64,000 nt of DNA from the human T2T-CHM13v2.0 reference genome, Homo sapiens. The DNA lies in assembly GCF_009914755.1 (NCBI RefSeq), contig NC_060929.1, one strand, 5' to 3'. The notes beneath the pieces were generated by a model. It did no database searches. It had not been told where the DNA came from and saw nothing but the letters and a program-made list of their open reading frames with translations. Position numbers and translations under genes: made by a program. Below, piece by piece: positions 63,991 through 64,000 of this stretch (positions are counted from its first letter, which is position 1; every line of letters begins with the position of its first letter).

Positions 63991-64000
63991 GATAAAATAA

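Overview
Human/primate genomic DNA, recognisable as the SOX30-C5orf52 locus (5q33.3, from memory). It contains: (i) SOX30 coding exons 1-3 on the minus strand (exon 2 encodes most of the HMG box; later exons lie left of the window); (ii) the complete three-exon C5orf52 gene on the plus strand (159 aa); (iii) a candidate alternative SOX30 5' end, starting at the C5orf52 CpG island and passing through a 55-nt micro-exon at 24819-24873 that gives a 17-aa alternative N-terminus; (iv) a direct ~11.6-13 kb segmental duplication (7860-19490 copied at 46680-59888). The duplication carries the SOX30 promoter and exon 1 (now frameshifted but still CpG-rich, with an intact donor) and a MER41A provirus, and each copy has its own later insertions (LTR12C, AluY, AluS). 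The rest is dense Alu, L1, L2, MER4, LTR5 and MaLR repeats. No prokaryotic-type system is present. The most interesting biology is the multi-promoter germ-line architecture around SOX30 and several clear template-switch and recombination scars. Repeat subfamily names come from remembered consensus sequences and need RepeatMasker/Dfam confirmation.
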